Below are positions 7,652-15,768 of a stretch of 30,837 nucleotides of DNA, piece after piece. The stretch's first letter is position 1; each line of letters opens with the position of its first letter. Position numbers and translations under genes: made by a program. Source of the DNA: a virus (taxonomy: Duplodnaviria > Caudoviricetes); IMG/VR virus record IMGVR_UViG_3300044528_000009, positions 1 to 30,837 of that record; one strand, 5' to 3'. The notes under the pieces are model-generated. The model had not been told where the DNA came from, did no database searches, and worked only from the letters and a program-made list of their open reading frames with translations.

Positions 7652-7851
7652 CCACGAAAGAGCTACTCAATCTCAAGCGCCTACTCGAAGCGGCGCTCGA
7701 CGACGACGAGTTCCGCGGCCAGCGCATCCCCGGCTTGGGGCGGCGCAGCGAAAAGCGTGTCGGCACGGATCTCATGCGCTCGCTCGGGCACGTCGATGAC
7801 GAGCTTGAACGACGCGGGATCGACGCACAAGCAAAGGAGTGGAAACCGTGA
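7648..7851 (+). CDS. Hypothetical protein
   Basis: GAAAGGAG RBS; GTGA overlap. Confidence 0.65.
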   Translation: MTTKELLNLKRLLEAALDDDEFRGQRIPGLGRRSEKRVGTDLMRSLGHVDDELERRGIDAQAKEWKP

Positions 7852-8021
7852 AGATGACACTGACCATCGAAGTCGATGTCGCCGACGATCCCACAACCGA
7901 CGTTGACACGTTGATGAACGACATCATGCCGAGCGGCGTCGATGCCGAAGCACCGAAGGTGACTGTCGATGTCGCCGGTTATCGGTTCTTCGGCACGACC
8001 CGCGGCATCGGAAGGAGGTGA
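7848..8021 (+). CDS. Hypothetical protein
   Basis: AAGGAG RBS; GTGA overlap. Confidence 0.6.
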   Translation: MKMTLTIEVDVADDPTTDVDTLMNDIMPSGVDAEAPKVTVDVAGYRFFGTTRGIGRR

Positions 8022-8332
8022 ACGAAATGCACTCGCACGGAACGTGGAAGCGTGTCGGCCAGAATCGCAACGGCGTGCCGTACCACGAAGAAGCGTGGGA
8101 GCAAGTCGGTGTCGATTGGGGCAACGGCACGAAGCCGATCGTGATGTGGCACCGTGATGCCGAGCACGTCGTGTTCAAGGTTCCGGCCGGGAAACACTGG
8201 TCGTCGCTTCTTGAGCCGAGCGTGTCGCATCCCGGCAACTTCGTCGTAGGCAAGATCATCGACGAAGGCGACGGTCGCATCGAAGTCGAAGAACTCTTCG
8301 AGATGCCGATCTCCGCGCGCGGTCGCAAGTGA
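8018..8332 (+). CDS. Hypothetical protein
   Basis: 104-aa ORF with AAGGAGG RBS (ATG 8027 is an alternative start); stop is the TGA of repeat copy 4. Confidence 0.7.
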   Translation: MNEMHSHGTWKRVGQNRNGVPYHEEAWEQVGVDWGNGTKPIVMWHRDAEHVVFKVPAGKHWSSLLEPSVSHPGNFVVGKIIDEGDGRIEVEELFEMPISARGRK

Positions 8333-8409
8333 CGTTCAGCGAGTCCCGCACCGACGACAAGCCGGTGCGGGGTTCGGTGCACGAGCACCCCCACATCCCC
8401 ACGAAAGGA
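8329..8409 (+). repeat. Structured intergenic repeat, copy 4
   Basis: Same element with a different apical loop (ACGACAAGC). Confidence 0.9.
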
Positions 8410-8419
8410 ACATCAAGCA

Positions 8420-9016
8420 ATGCCGCCCAGGAAGCAGGAATACACATACCACGAGCTTCGCGTGTTGTGGTACTTGAAGCGACACGGTGGCGCCGTCGTG
8501 CGCGTCGACAACACGTCGATCCTCACGCGTATGACGCAAGAGCTACCGATGGTGCTCGGCACGTTGCGATGGACGCTTCGCAAACTCGAAGAGCGTTCGC
8601 TCGTGCTGCGCACGTACAAGTACCCGATCGCGAAGTCGTTCGCCGATCAGTCGGGCGCCAATCCGCTCATCAAGGTGGAGCTTGTCGACCCGAAGATGGC
8701 ACTGCCACCCGAGCCGCAACCGCCGACCGCGCAAGCGATCGTCGCGTTCGAGAACCGCGAGCTTGACGAGTTGACGGCGCACGAGCCCGAGCGCAACGAC
8801 GTAATCGACGCGCTCGTCGATCGTGCGATCGAGTTGCAGCGCCAGGTGGACAAGCTGCAAGACATCATCTCGATGCTCGAAGCCGACAACGCGAAGCTGC
8901 GCAAGCGCAGCGAGCGTGCGGCCGAGCAACCGGCTCATCTCTCGCAGCGAGTGCGTGACGTGCTCACCGCCGAGAAATGGGAGGAACTCCGGCACAACGC
9001 CGAGAAAGGAGATTGA
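8420..9016 (+). CDS. Putative winged-helix plus coiled-coil protein
   Basis: ELRVLWYLK...LGTLRWTLRKLEERSLV.R is wHTH-like; C-terminal heptads. Confidence 0.6.
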   Translation: MPPRKQEYTYHELRVLWYLKRHGGAVVRVDNTSILTRMTQELPMVLGTLRWTLRKLEERSLVLRTYKYPIAKSFADQSGANPLIKVELVDPKMALPPEPQPPTAQAIVAFENRELDELTAHEPERNDVIDALVDRAIELQRQVDKLQDIISMLEADNAKLRKRSERAAEQPAHLSQRVRDVLTAEKWEELRHNAEKGD

Positions 9017-9019
9017 CCC

Positions 9020-9229
9020 ATGATGCGTTACGACACAAGCGACGACGCGCCGAGGCTTGCGAGCATCACGCGTATCGTCACGGAACCCGGCCCCGACTAC
9101 TGGCACGTCGTGTTGTACGGCGGACCGTTCGACGGCTTCACGCACGATGTGGCTTCGCTCGTCGAAGCCCGTGCATGGGCCGATGAGATGGGCTACTCAC
9201 GCAAGCGTGAGCGCTCAAGCAATGAGTGA
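9020..9229 (+). CDS. Hypothetical protein
   Basis: GAAAGGAG RBS; 69 aa. Confidence 0.6.
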   Translation: MMRYDTSDDAPRLASITRIVTEPGPDYWHVVLYGGPFDGFTHDVASLVEARAWADEMGYSRKRERSSNE

Positions 9230-9446
9230 TAGACGTCTAACACCCCGAACATCTCGAAGGGAAGAAGCAGCGATCAAGGCACTCTCGACCGAGACGCTGC
9301 GCACGATCGTCACGTCGCTCGGTGCAAACGAAGTACGCGAGCAGAGTCCCGAGTTCCCGCTCGGGGGGATCGTGCACATCACCGGCATCGGTCAAGTCCG
9401 AGCGGCGCGGCTTCGTGACGAGTTGGCATCACGCGAAGCAAGCTAG
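9222..9446 (+). CDS. Hypothetical protein
   Basis: MSDRRLTP...; start overlaps the previous gene and site copy 5. Confidence 0.5.
   Translation: MSDRRLTPRTSRREEAAIKALSTETLRTIVTSLGANEVREQSPEFPLGGIVHITGIGQVRAARLRDELASREAS
9227..9242. promoter_or_regulatory. 16-bp dispersed site, copy 5
   Basis: TGATAGACGTCTAACA; provides the TGA stop of 9020-9229. Confidence 0.85.
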
Positions 9447-9500
9447 CCCAGGTCGCAGCAACGAGCGATCGGGGTGGTGCTCAGTCGTTCGTTGCTGCAC

Positions 9501-9553
9501 GGCGCCCCCGCCGCACGGTCTTCACGGCCTGCGGCGGGGGCGCCTTTTTTTTT
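9501..9553 (+). terminator. Rho-independent terminator ending the plus-strand operon
   Basis: 15-bp GC stem GGCGCCCCCGCCGCA/TGCGGCGGGGGCGCC followed by T9. Confidence 0.9.
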
Positions 9554-9579
9554 GTGTCATCGTGCATGCCGTGCCCCCG

Positions 9580-9780
9580 GTGAAGACGATCGCGCTCACC
9601 TTCACCGACGTCCCGATCGAGTCGGTCGGCGAGATCTTGCACGCCATTCGCGCATGCGGTCTCGATCTCGAAGTGCGGGTGCGGCAAGTGCGGGCGCGTG
9701 CGGTGTCGCCCGAATCGTTGTTGCGCATCGACTCGAAGATGGTCGAAGCCGTCGAGATCGACGACGAGCCCGAGAGCTAG
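9580..9780 (+). CDS. Hypothetical protein
   Basis: VKTIALTFTDVPIESVGEILHAI...; no clear RBS, start uncertain. Confidence 0.45.
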   Translation: MKTIALTFTDVPIESVGEILHAIRACGLDLEVRVRQVRARAVSPESLLRIDSKMVEAVEIDDEPES

Positions 9781-10296
9781 TCACATGCCCGTGCACGGAT
9801 CGTCGCCGAAGCGCATCGACCATGCGCCCCCGCCGCCGTGTTCGAGCGTGAACGCGGCGACGGCATCCTGCACGCGTGACGGCGCTTCGTACGCGTAGCG
9901 CCAGGTGCCGTGCCCGGCACGCTGCGCCCAGTAGCGCCACGTCGTCGGGATGAACTGGTACGCGCCCGAACCGTCCCACGGATGCGAGCGTTCGGTGTAG
10001 TCACCGCGGGTCTCGTGCGCCCGGATGCACGACATGGTACCGAGCACTGCGCTTGACGGGTGCGGTACAACTTGCGGCCGAGCTTGCCGTCGTGGCATCG
10101 CTTGCGATCGGGCCGTCGCCGTTGTCGTGAGAGACCGGGCGGCGGCTCGGTGCGCGTGCGGGGGTGGTCGTTCATGGGGGCTTGTCGTCGTCGAGCTTGT
10201 CGTCGTGATCGGCGGCGGCGGATTCGCGGCTGCGCTCGTGCACGCCCCCAGGATCGCAAGCAGCGGAAGTGTCAACGCCTTGACGGTTCGGCGCAC
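9781..10296 (-). CDS. Rpf-like lytic transglycosylase with lipoprotein signal
   Basis: LLAILGAC lipobox, Pro/Thr linker, CIRAHETRGDY...GAYQFIPTTW...AP..VQDAVA...G.GAW. Confidence 0.8.
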   Translation of the reverse strand: MRRTVKALTLPLLAILGACTSAAANPPPPITTTSSTTTSPHERPPPHAHRAAARSLTTTATARSQAMPRRQARPQVVPHPSSAVLGTMSCIRAHETRGDYTERSHPWDGSGAYQFIPTTWRYWAQRAGHGTWRYAYEAPSRVQDAVAAFTLEHGGGGAWSMRFGDDPCTGM

Positions 10297-10606
10297 GGTT
10301 CCCCCGACGTCGGTAGCCCGCCCGAGCTAGCTCGCGCCGGGAGCGTGGCTCGCCGGGGCGCTTGGACCCCGCCCATGCCGTCACGTCTTCGAGCGGTGCG
10401 ACCCGCGGGGCTTGCGCCCCGTTCATGCGCGCATCCGAGTAGCGGCACGCTCGGCATTCGGGCCACGGCTGCGACGGCGGTCGGTACGCGATGAGCGCCC
10501 GCTCGCCGCATGCCGGGCACCGGCAGACGACATGGCCCGAGAGTCTCCCGGCTTCGGCCAGCGATGTCCAGCACGCGTCGGCTCGCTCGACGTCGACGCT
10601 TGTCAT
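10172..10606 (-). CDS. Possible zinc-ribbon protein
   Basis: CPACG...CRAC in the C-terminal part of ORF 10172-10867; overlaps the Rpf-like gene by ~125 nt, start uncertain. Confidence 0.35.
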   Translation of the reverse strand: MTSVDVERADACWTSLAEAGRLSGHVVCRCPACGERALIAYRPPSQPWPECRACRYSDARMNGAQAPRVAPLEDVTAWAGSKRPGEPRSRRELARAGYRRRGNRAPNRQGVDTSAACDPGGVHERSRESAAADHDDKLDDDKPP

Positions 10607-10708
10607 CTTCGCGTCATCGAGCGAGCCGTCGGTGCTTGTCACATTCGCGTCATCGAGTGGCTCGGCTCGCTCGGTCTCGCGAGGATCGAGATCCGTCGGC
10701 GGGTGCGC

Positions 10709-10913
10709 CTGTCCCCTTTGCGCTTCTAAAGAAGCGCACGGGGGGACAGTAAGGCGAGCCGGGGCTGTCCCCGCGCTGTCCCCTTGACCTGTCCCCGCTC
10801 GTTCGCCCTGGTCAATGCGGGCGCGGAGCCAGGCAAGCGGCTCCTGTCCCCGACCTGTCCCCGTCACCCTGTCCCCGAGACCCCTCGAAGACCTGTCCCC
10901 GGCACCTGTCCCC
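10709..10913. repeat. Iteron-like CTGTCCCC cluster (putative replication origin)
   Basis: 9 direct copies (10709, 10765, 10776, 10789, 10844, 10855, 10869, 10893, 10906) plus 1 inverted copy (10742) at the 3' end of the primase-helicase gene. Confidence 0.7.
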
Positions 10914-12798
10914 GCCCTTTTCGGTAGCTCAGCGCCTCCCCCAACACCGCGTTCTTGCCCGGCGTTTTGCCCGATTCGCGCAGCGCCTTGATCGCTCGTC
11001 CGCGCCCGGCGTCGAGCGGCACCCCGATCTCGTCAAGCTCGCGCGCCTTGTCGAACGCGGCGCTCGACCATCCCATTCGGACCGGCCGCGAGTACGACAC
11101 GTCGCCGGTCACGGGATCGGTGTTGCGCTCGATCTTGAGCGTCGGGCCGACCCACGACAACCGCGAGCCCTTCTCACACGAAAGGGTGACGCCGGTCGAC
11201 GTGCGGTGTAGCTCCCAGGTCACGTCGACGTCTTGCTGCTTCGCCGACGTGCCCCGCGGTCCCTTCGTGCGCTTCTTGCCTGCATGATCGGTGCGCAAGT
11301 ACGCGACGCCCGCCTGCTTCAAGCGGAGCCCGGTGTGGCGGGTGAACGCCCGCACCGTGTCGGCCTTGTCCTCTTCGCCGCCGACCGCGCCCGTGAACGT
11401 GTCGATGACGCACGCGACGGCGCCGACGCTGCGCACGGCGTCGAGCAACTCCTTGCCGCCGTCGTCGCTGTCGAGCGTGTGCATCGGGGGGAGCAACGCG
11501 TAGTGCAGGTGCGCGAGCCGGTCGTAGCCGAACCCGAAGCCGGTGATGCGATCGTCGAGATCGTCGGCGGTCATCTCGAAGTCGAAGTACGCGATGTCGA
11601 GCGGCGGTTGCGCGACGCCGGTCCAGGGATCTTCTCCCATCGCCAGTTTCGCCGCGCACCACAACGCCAACTCGCTCTTGCCTTCTTTGGCGTCGGCCCA
11701 CAAGGCCATCGCCCGGCCTTCCGGCCAGAAGTCTTCGACGAGCCAGAATCGTTCGGTCACGTCTCGGTGCTCGAACTCGTCCCAGTTGAGATAGAGAGCC
11801 GAGTGATGATAGACGTCTAACTTCTGCTCTCCTTCGGGTTCGGGCTCGGGCACGGCGATCGGCGGGATCACCGCGTGCCGCAACGCCAGTAGCTCGTCGT
11901 TCGTCTTCGCGTTCGCCTTGCCGACCGCGTGACGCACCATCGCCTCGAACTCGGTGCAACGCGACGGCGACGACACTTCGGCGCGCCGCGTCTCGCCCGT
12001 CGCCATGAGTGCTTCGTGCCAGCGTTCGGCGAGCGCCTGCAACGTCGGTTTCGATCCGAGCACCCCGCACCGCACGTACTCCATCCCCCACGTCAAGCAG
12101 TGCTGCATCGAGTCGTGCCGTGCCCGGTGCACGTCACGGCTCGTCTCGTCGACGAAGTGCTGCACGATCGCCGACGCGTACCCTTGCGCTTCGCCGGTCG
12201 CGCATGCTTCGACGAACATGGTGAGCGCGTCGGCGTCGACCGCATGCGAACGCACGTCGGTACTTGCCGCCCGCGACAACTCGCCGATCCACTCCCACGG
12301 CAACTCGGGAAGCTCGTCGACGCGCGGCACGATCTCGGCCGCGGCCATGATCGACTGATCGAACCACCCATACGCACGGCCTTCGGGATGCACACTCGGC
12401 GCCACGAGCGCATAACGATGCGTGCGCTGCACGATGTCCATGCCCGGCAACGACGTCACCCACAACAAGCCTGCGGGCACGCGGAAGAACCGGATGCCCG
12501 ACTGATCACCGCGGTTCGAGTGCGAGATGCGCGTGAACGGCAGCGGCCCGAGCTTCGCTTTCAGATCGTCGAGTGTCTGCTTGCCGCCGTGATACGCGTC
12601 GACGTCGAGCCCGATGACGTCGACCGGCATACGCACCCCGATGTTGCCGTTCCAGCGCAACGCGGCGACGTCATCGCGCGTCATGTCCCGCCCGTCGGTG
12701 CCGGTGAGCCCGGCCGGGGGCGGTCCCTTGTGCTGCGCCGGGATGGGGAGCGGATGCCACCCTGCATCGAAGTATTCGAGTGCTACGGTGTCCCGCAC
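10864..12798 (-). CDS. Bifunctional primase/polymerase fused to RecA-type (AAA_25) helicase
   Basis: GWHPLP...NIGVR..VIGLDVD prim-pol motifs; ADAKEGKS, CVIDTF, DHAGK..RGTSAK..DVD; GAAGGAG RBS before GTG 12798. Confidence 0.88.
   Translation of the reverse strand: MRDTVALEYFDAGWHPLPIPAQHKGPPPAGLTGTDGRDMTRDDVAALRWNGNIGVRMPVDVIGLDVDAYHGGKQTLDDLKAKLGPLPFTRISHSNRGDQSGIRFFRVPAGLLWVTSLPGMDIVQRTHRYALVAPSVHPEGRAYGWFDQSIMAAAEIVPRVDELPELPWEWIGELSRAASTDVRSHAVDADALTMFVEACATGEAQGYASAIVQHFVDETSRDVHRARHDSMQHCLTWGMEYVRCGVLGSKPTLQALAERWHEALMATGETRRAEVSSPSRCTEFEAMVRHAVGKANAKTNDELLALRHAVIPPIAVPEPEPEGEQKLDVYHHSALYLNWDEFEHRDVTERFWLVEDFWPEGRAMALWADAKEGKSELALWCAAKLAMGEDPWTGVAQPPLDIAYFDFEMTADDLDDRITGFGFGYDRLAHLHYALLPPMHTLDSDDGGKELLDAVRSVGAVACVIDTFTGAVGGEEDKADTVRAFTRHTGLRLKQAGVAYLRTDHAGKKRTKGPRGTSAKQQDVDVTWELHRTSTGVTLSCEKGSRLSWVGPTLKIERNTDPVTGDVSYSRPVRMGWSSAAFDKARELDEIGVPLDAGRGRAIKALRESGKTPGKNAVLGEALSYRKGRGQVPGTGLRGVSGTG
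11807..11822. promoter_or_regulatory. 16-bp dispersed site, copy 6 (intragenic)
   Basis: TGATAGACGTCTAACT, encoding K-L-D-V-Y-H in the primase-helicase linker. Confidence 0.8.
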
Positions 12799-12831
12799 AA
12801 GTGAGTTCTCCTTCATACGGGAGTGGCGAAA

Positions 12832-12863
12832 CAACGACCCCGCCGTGAGCAGCGGGGTCGTTG
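12832..12863 (-). terminator. Hairpin upstream of primase (possible terminator/attenuator)
   Basis: 12-bp stem CAACGACCCCGC/GCGGGGTCGTTG; short T run on the minus strand. Confidence 0.4.
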
Positions 12864-12884
12864 CACGTCACTCGGATGGAAGTG

Positions 12885-13127
12885 TCAACTCGGCGCGATG
12901 TCGCGCACACTCCCTTCGCCGTTGCCCCGCTTCGACGTCGGGTGACGCGTGCGGGCCGCGTACTCACGCACGAGCCGCGACGCGTCGCCGATGTGTGCCT
13001 GCGCGTCGTACAGCAACGCCCCCGCGCTCGGCGGGTTTTCCGGTAGCTCGTTCAGTGTGCGAAACGCGAAGAGAAGGTAATGCTGCGCCACGAGCAGCGC
13101 CGCCTCTTCTTCGGGAGTGAGTGTCAC
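12885..13127 (-). CDS. Hypothetical protein
   Basis: GTGA overlap with the SSB stop; TLTPEEEAALLVAQHYL... Confidence 0.55.
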   Translation of the reverse strand: MTLTPEEEAALLVAQHYLLFAFRTLNELPENPPSAGALLYDAQAHIGDASRLVREYAARTRHPTSKRGNGEGSVRDIAPS

Positions 13128-13573
13128 GACGAGAACAAGTCGTCGGCACCGATCGACTGCACGGGCGCACGGTACTGCGCCCGGAACAACTTCGGTGCGT
13201 TCATCCCCGGCTTCGCTTCGCCCAGTCCGGTGAACTTCACCGCGAGCGTCCCGCCCACCTCGACCGTCGTCGCTTCGGCCGCACGAGCCGCGGTGCCGAT
13301 CGCCGACAACATCGACTCGCCTTCGCCCTGCTTCGCCTCGAACCGTCCGCCCTTGGCCCACAACGCAACCGCGTCGGCGCCGTCGGGCTTGATCGAGATG
13401 ACGAACAGCATCATCGGGTCGCCGCTCGGGAAAAACTTCTTCTCCCCGGTCTTCGGGTCGGTCTGCTGCCGATGATCGATCGACATGATCTTGCCTTCGT
13501 ACACGTCGCCGATGCTCTCGAACTTCGCCGAGTTCGCGGATTCGAGATCGGAGAGAGGGATGGAGTCGGTCAT
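13124..13573 (-). CDS. Single-stranded DNA-binding protein (actinophage type)
   Basis: AKFESIGDVYEGKI...QQTD..TGE...SGDPMM...GGTLAVKFTG...PKLFRAQY; acidic DDLF tail; follows the exonuclease. Confidence 0.7.
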   Translation of the reverse strand: MTDSIPLSDLESANSAKFESIGDVYEGKIMSIDHRQQTDPKTGEKKFFPSGDPMMLFVISIKPDGADAVALWAKGGRFEAKQGEGESMLSAIGTAARAAEATTVEVGGTLAVKFTGLGEAKPGMNAPKLFRAQYRAPVQSIGADDLFSS

Positions 13574-14868
13574 GGTGTGTTCCTTTCGTTGATGATGGTC
13601 GTGCCGGGAAACATCGTGATGACGCGCGCCACCGCTTCGTCGTGCACGTCGGGCCGCTTCGTCGGGAACGAGATCGTGTAGCGCTTCTCGATGTCGTCGA
13701 CGACGCGTTCGATCGCGTCGAGTTGCTCGGGGGTGTGCTCCGTGCTCGCGCGCAGCGACGGCACGTCGACCGGCCACGCATGCACGAGCGCGGCACGCGC
13801 TTGCGCGTTCTCTTGCCCGATCGTGTCGATGCGATGTTGCAACCATGTGCGGATCGCATCTCGTTGATAGACGTCTAACATCTCTTGCTCGTGCTGCACG
13901 GGCGGCGCCGGTTCCGGTTGCGACTGGCTGGTCGACCCGGAACCGACGCCGCGATCTCGTGCGGCAGTCGCATCGAGCGCACGTTGCAGCGTGCCGGTCA
14001 TGTCGCCGCGCACGAACCGTTCAGCCGGTCGCGCCCGGCGCCAGTCGCGCGCCCACATCGAATGCTGGAACGCTTCCCATCCTGCGGTGAGATCCACGAG
14101 GTACAGATCGAGCGTCGCGTCGTGCAACCACATCGTCAGTCCCCACGCCGGGGACACTTGCGGCATCGGCAGTCGCGCGTCTTCGTGCCCGTCGCGCGCC
14201 GCGCCTTGTTCGTACACGAACTCGCCGTGCGCGTACCCGGCAAGCTGCACGGCGATCGCGCCCCACGAGTAGTCGAGCGACCCCCCGGTCTTGAGATCGG
14301 CGACGAGAGGTAGCTCGAAGCCGGGCACGGTGACGAGCCGGTCGAACGTCCCGGCCACCCGATGCTGATCGAGCACGACGGTCGTCTCGATCGCGCCGGG
14401 CACGACATGCACGCCCTGCGCGTCGAGCCCGTCACGGTACGCACGCACGTCGCGTTCGGTCTCGTCGCTGAGATGCGCCGGGGTCCGCCCGGCGTCGACC
14501 AGGGCGGTGATCGCATGGAGTGACGAGCCGACCTCTCTCCGATCGTTTGCCCCGCCGACGGCAGCACATTCTTCGACGAGCCGCTTCGCTTCTTCCTTGG
14601 CGGCGGCGGATGCGTACCAGGGGTCGCCGTATTGCGCCAGGAGCGCCTCCCACCGTGCCCGCAGTCCCTTGCGCCGGATGATCCCCGAAGCCGTCATGGC
14701 GGCTTTCCAGGGGGCGAGCCCACCCCCTTCGTCGAGCGCCTTGGCGACCGTCGTGACGCGGGTGTACCCGACGGGTGACCCACCCGAGGGTGGGACGACG
14801 AGCAGTCGCCCCCACTGGTCGCGCCGGTCGGTGATGTTCGGAAGCTGCGTGACGTCGATCTCGGTCAT
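13570..14868 (-). CDS. PD-(D/E)XK Cas4/RecB-like exonuclease
   Basis: YTRVTT, GSSLH, GTFDRLV, VADLKTG, QLAGYA motifs. Confidence 0.85.
   Translation of the reverse strand: MTEIDVTQLPNITDRRDQWGRLLVVPPSGGSPVGYTRVTTVAKALDEGGGLAPWKAAMTASGIIRRKGLRARWEALLAQYGDPWYASAAAKEEAKRLVEECAAVGGANDRREVGSSLHAITALVDAGRTPAHLSDETERDVRAYRDGLDAQGVHVVPGAIETTVVLDQHRVAGTFDRLVTVPGFELPLVADLKTGGSLDYSWGAIAVQLAGYAHGEFVYEQGAARDGHEDARLPMPQVSPAWGLTMWLHDATLDLYLVDLTAGWEAFQHSMWARDWRRARPAERFVRGDMTGTLQRALDATAARDRGVGSGSTSQSQPEPAPPVQHEQEMLDVYQRDAIRTWLQHRIDTIGQENAQARAALVHAWPVDVPSLRASTEHTPEQLDAIERVVDDIEKRYTISFPTKRPDVHDEAVARVITMFPGTTIINERNTP
13865..13880. promoter_or_regulatory. 16-bp dispersed site, copy 7 (intragenic)
   Basis: TGATAGACGTCTAACA, encoding M-L-D-V-Y-Q after a Pro/Ser linker. 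Confidence 0.85.
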
Positions 14869-15059
14869 AGGGGCTCCGTGTCTTCGACGGCGCGGTCGAC
14901 CACCGCGGCGGTGAGCAAGTCCATCGTGCGCTCGATCTCGGACACGAGCGCAAGGTCATCGCGGTCGCGCTCGTTGTACCGGCGCACCGCGGCGATGTAG
15001 TCGCGGGCGCACTGCGCGACGCGCGCGTCGGCAGCGGTCGGTCGCGGCTTGCGCGTCAC
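14865..15059 (-). CDS. Hypothetical protein
   Basis: Coupled by GTGA/ATGA overlaps; 64 aa. Confidence 0.55.
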   Translation of the reverse strand: MTRKPRPTAADARVAQCARDYIAAVRRYNERDRDDLALVSEIERTMDLLTAAVVDRAVEDTEPL

Positions 15060-15511
15060 GGCAACTCCGTGATGACGATGTGCACGCCGGGCGGGGCCGC
15101 GTAACGCTTCGCGCACACGAGCGAGCACACTTGCCCGTCGTCGTGCCACACGCCCGCGTCAGTGATCGCGTCGGCGACGCAACGCACGAGCTTGTCGAGA
15201 TCGGGCATGATCGCCGGGTGCGGCGGTGCGCTCGGCTTCACGCGTCCGATGTTGCGGCCGGTGCCGTAGTGCCCGGTCGGCCGGGGGAGATCGAAGCCGA
15301 GCCGTAGCTCGACGGCGCCGACGAACGGTACGGCGCACGCGTCGGCGGCGGCTTGTTGCACCTGGGCGCGCCATGCGTACACGGCGGCGGGGTAGCGCGC
15401 CGCGGTCTTGCCGTTCGGCAGCGTGTGCAGTCGCATCGAGCCTTGCGGGCGCGGAAGTCCGCGCACGTCGATCGTCACGCTGCGAGTCTGCATGTCGGGT
15501 GCGACACTCAT
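15056..15511 (-). CDS. rusA: RusA-like Holliday junction resolvase
   Basis: G.PRPQGS, PDLDKLVRCVADAIT..GVWHDDGQV. Confidence 0.9.
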   Translation of the reverse strand: MSVAPDMQTRSVTIDVRGLPRPQGSMRLHTLPNGKTAARYPAAVYAWRAQVQQAAADACAVPFVGAVELRLGFDLPRPTGHYGTGRNIGRVKPSAPPHPAIMPDLDKLVRCVADAITDAGVWHDDGQVCSLVCAKRYAAPPGVHIVITELP

Positions 15512-15696
15512 CGCCCGACGTCTTCATCGAAGAGTGCGAGTTGCACTTCTCGTGCGCGTCGTCGGCGCGGACGTTGCTGCCATCCTTCGCGGCGTTGATG
15601 GTGACCGGGGCGCCAGCGTGACCACACCCCCGACTTGTTCGACCGTACGCGCTCACCGCAACCGCATGCGCAGAATGGTGGCTTCGAGTCGGTCAT
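15508..15696 (-). CDS. Small CxCGCG zinc-binding protein
   Basis: FCACGCGE...WRPGHH motif; ATGA overlap with rusA. Confidence 0.6.
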   Translation of the reverse strand: MTDSKPPFCACGCGERVRSNKSGVWSRWRPGHHQRREGWQQRPRRRRAREVQLALFDEDVGR

Positions 15697-15752
15697 ACCG
15701 GGCGCAAACGTAGCCGCTCCCGATTACTCAGTCAACGATCGAGTCTTACGGA

Positions 15753-15768
15753 TGTTAGACGTCTATCA
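15753..15768. promoter_or_regulatory. 16-bp dispersed site, copy 8
   Basis: TGTTAGACGTCTATCA, upstream of the recombination/replication operon. Confidence 0.85.

Noticed and set aside
3289-8409. Structured repeats as a CRISPR array, integron attC sites or hammerhead ribozymes
   Set aside because: They are separated by whole genes (0.8-3 kb), not 30-40-nt spacers. No RYYYAAC/GTTRRRY ends or IntI gene, and no CUGANGA core.
10599-10658. 36-bp-period imperfect tandem duplication (LDDANVTS/LDDAKMTS)
   Set aside because: Only two degenerate copies; likely a local duplication with no evident function.
13570-14868. Cas4-like nuclease as part of a CRISPR-Cas system
   Set aside because: It sits in an ordinary RusA-exonuclease-SSB-primase module; no array or other cas genes.
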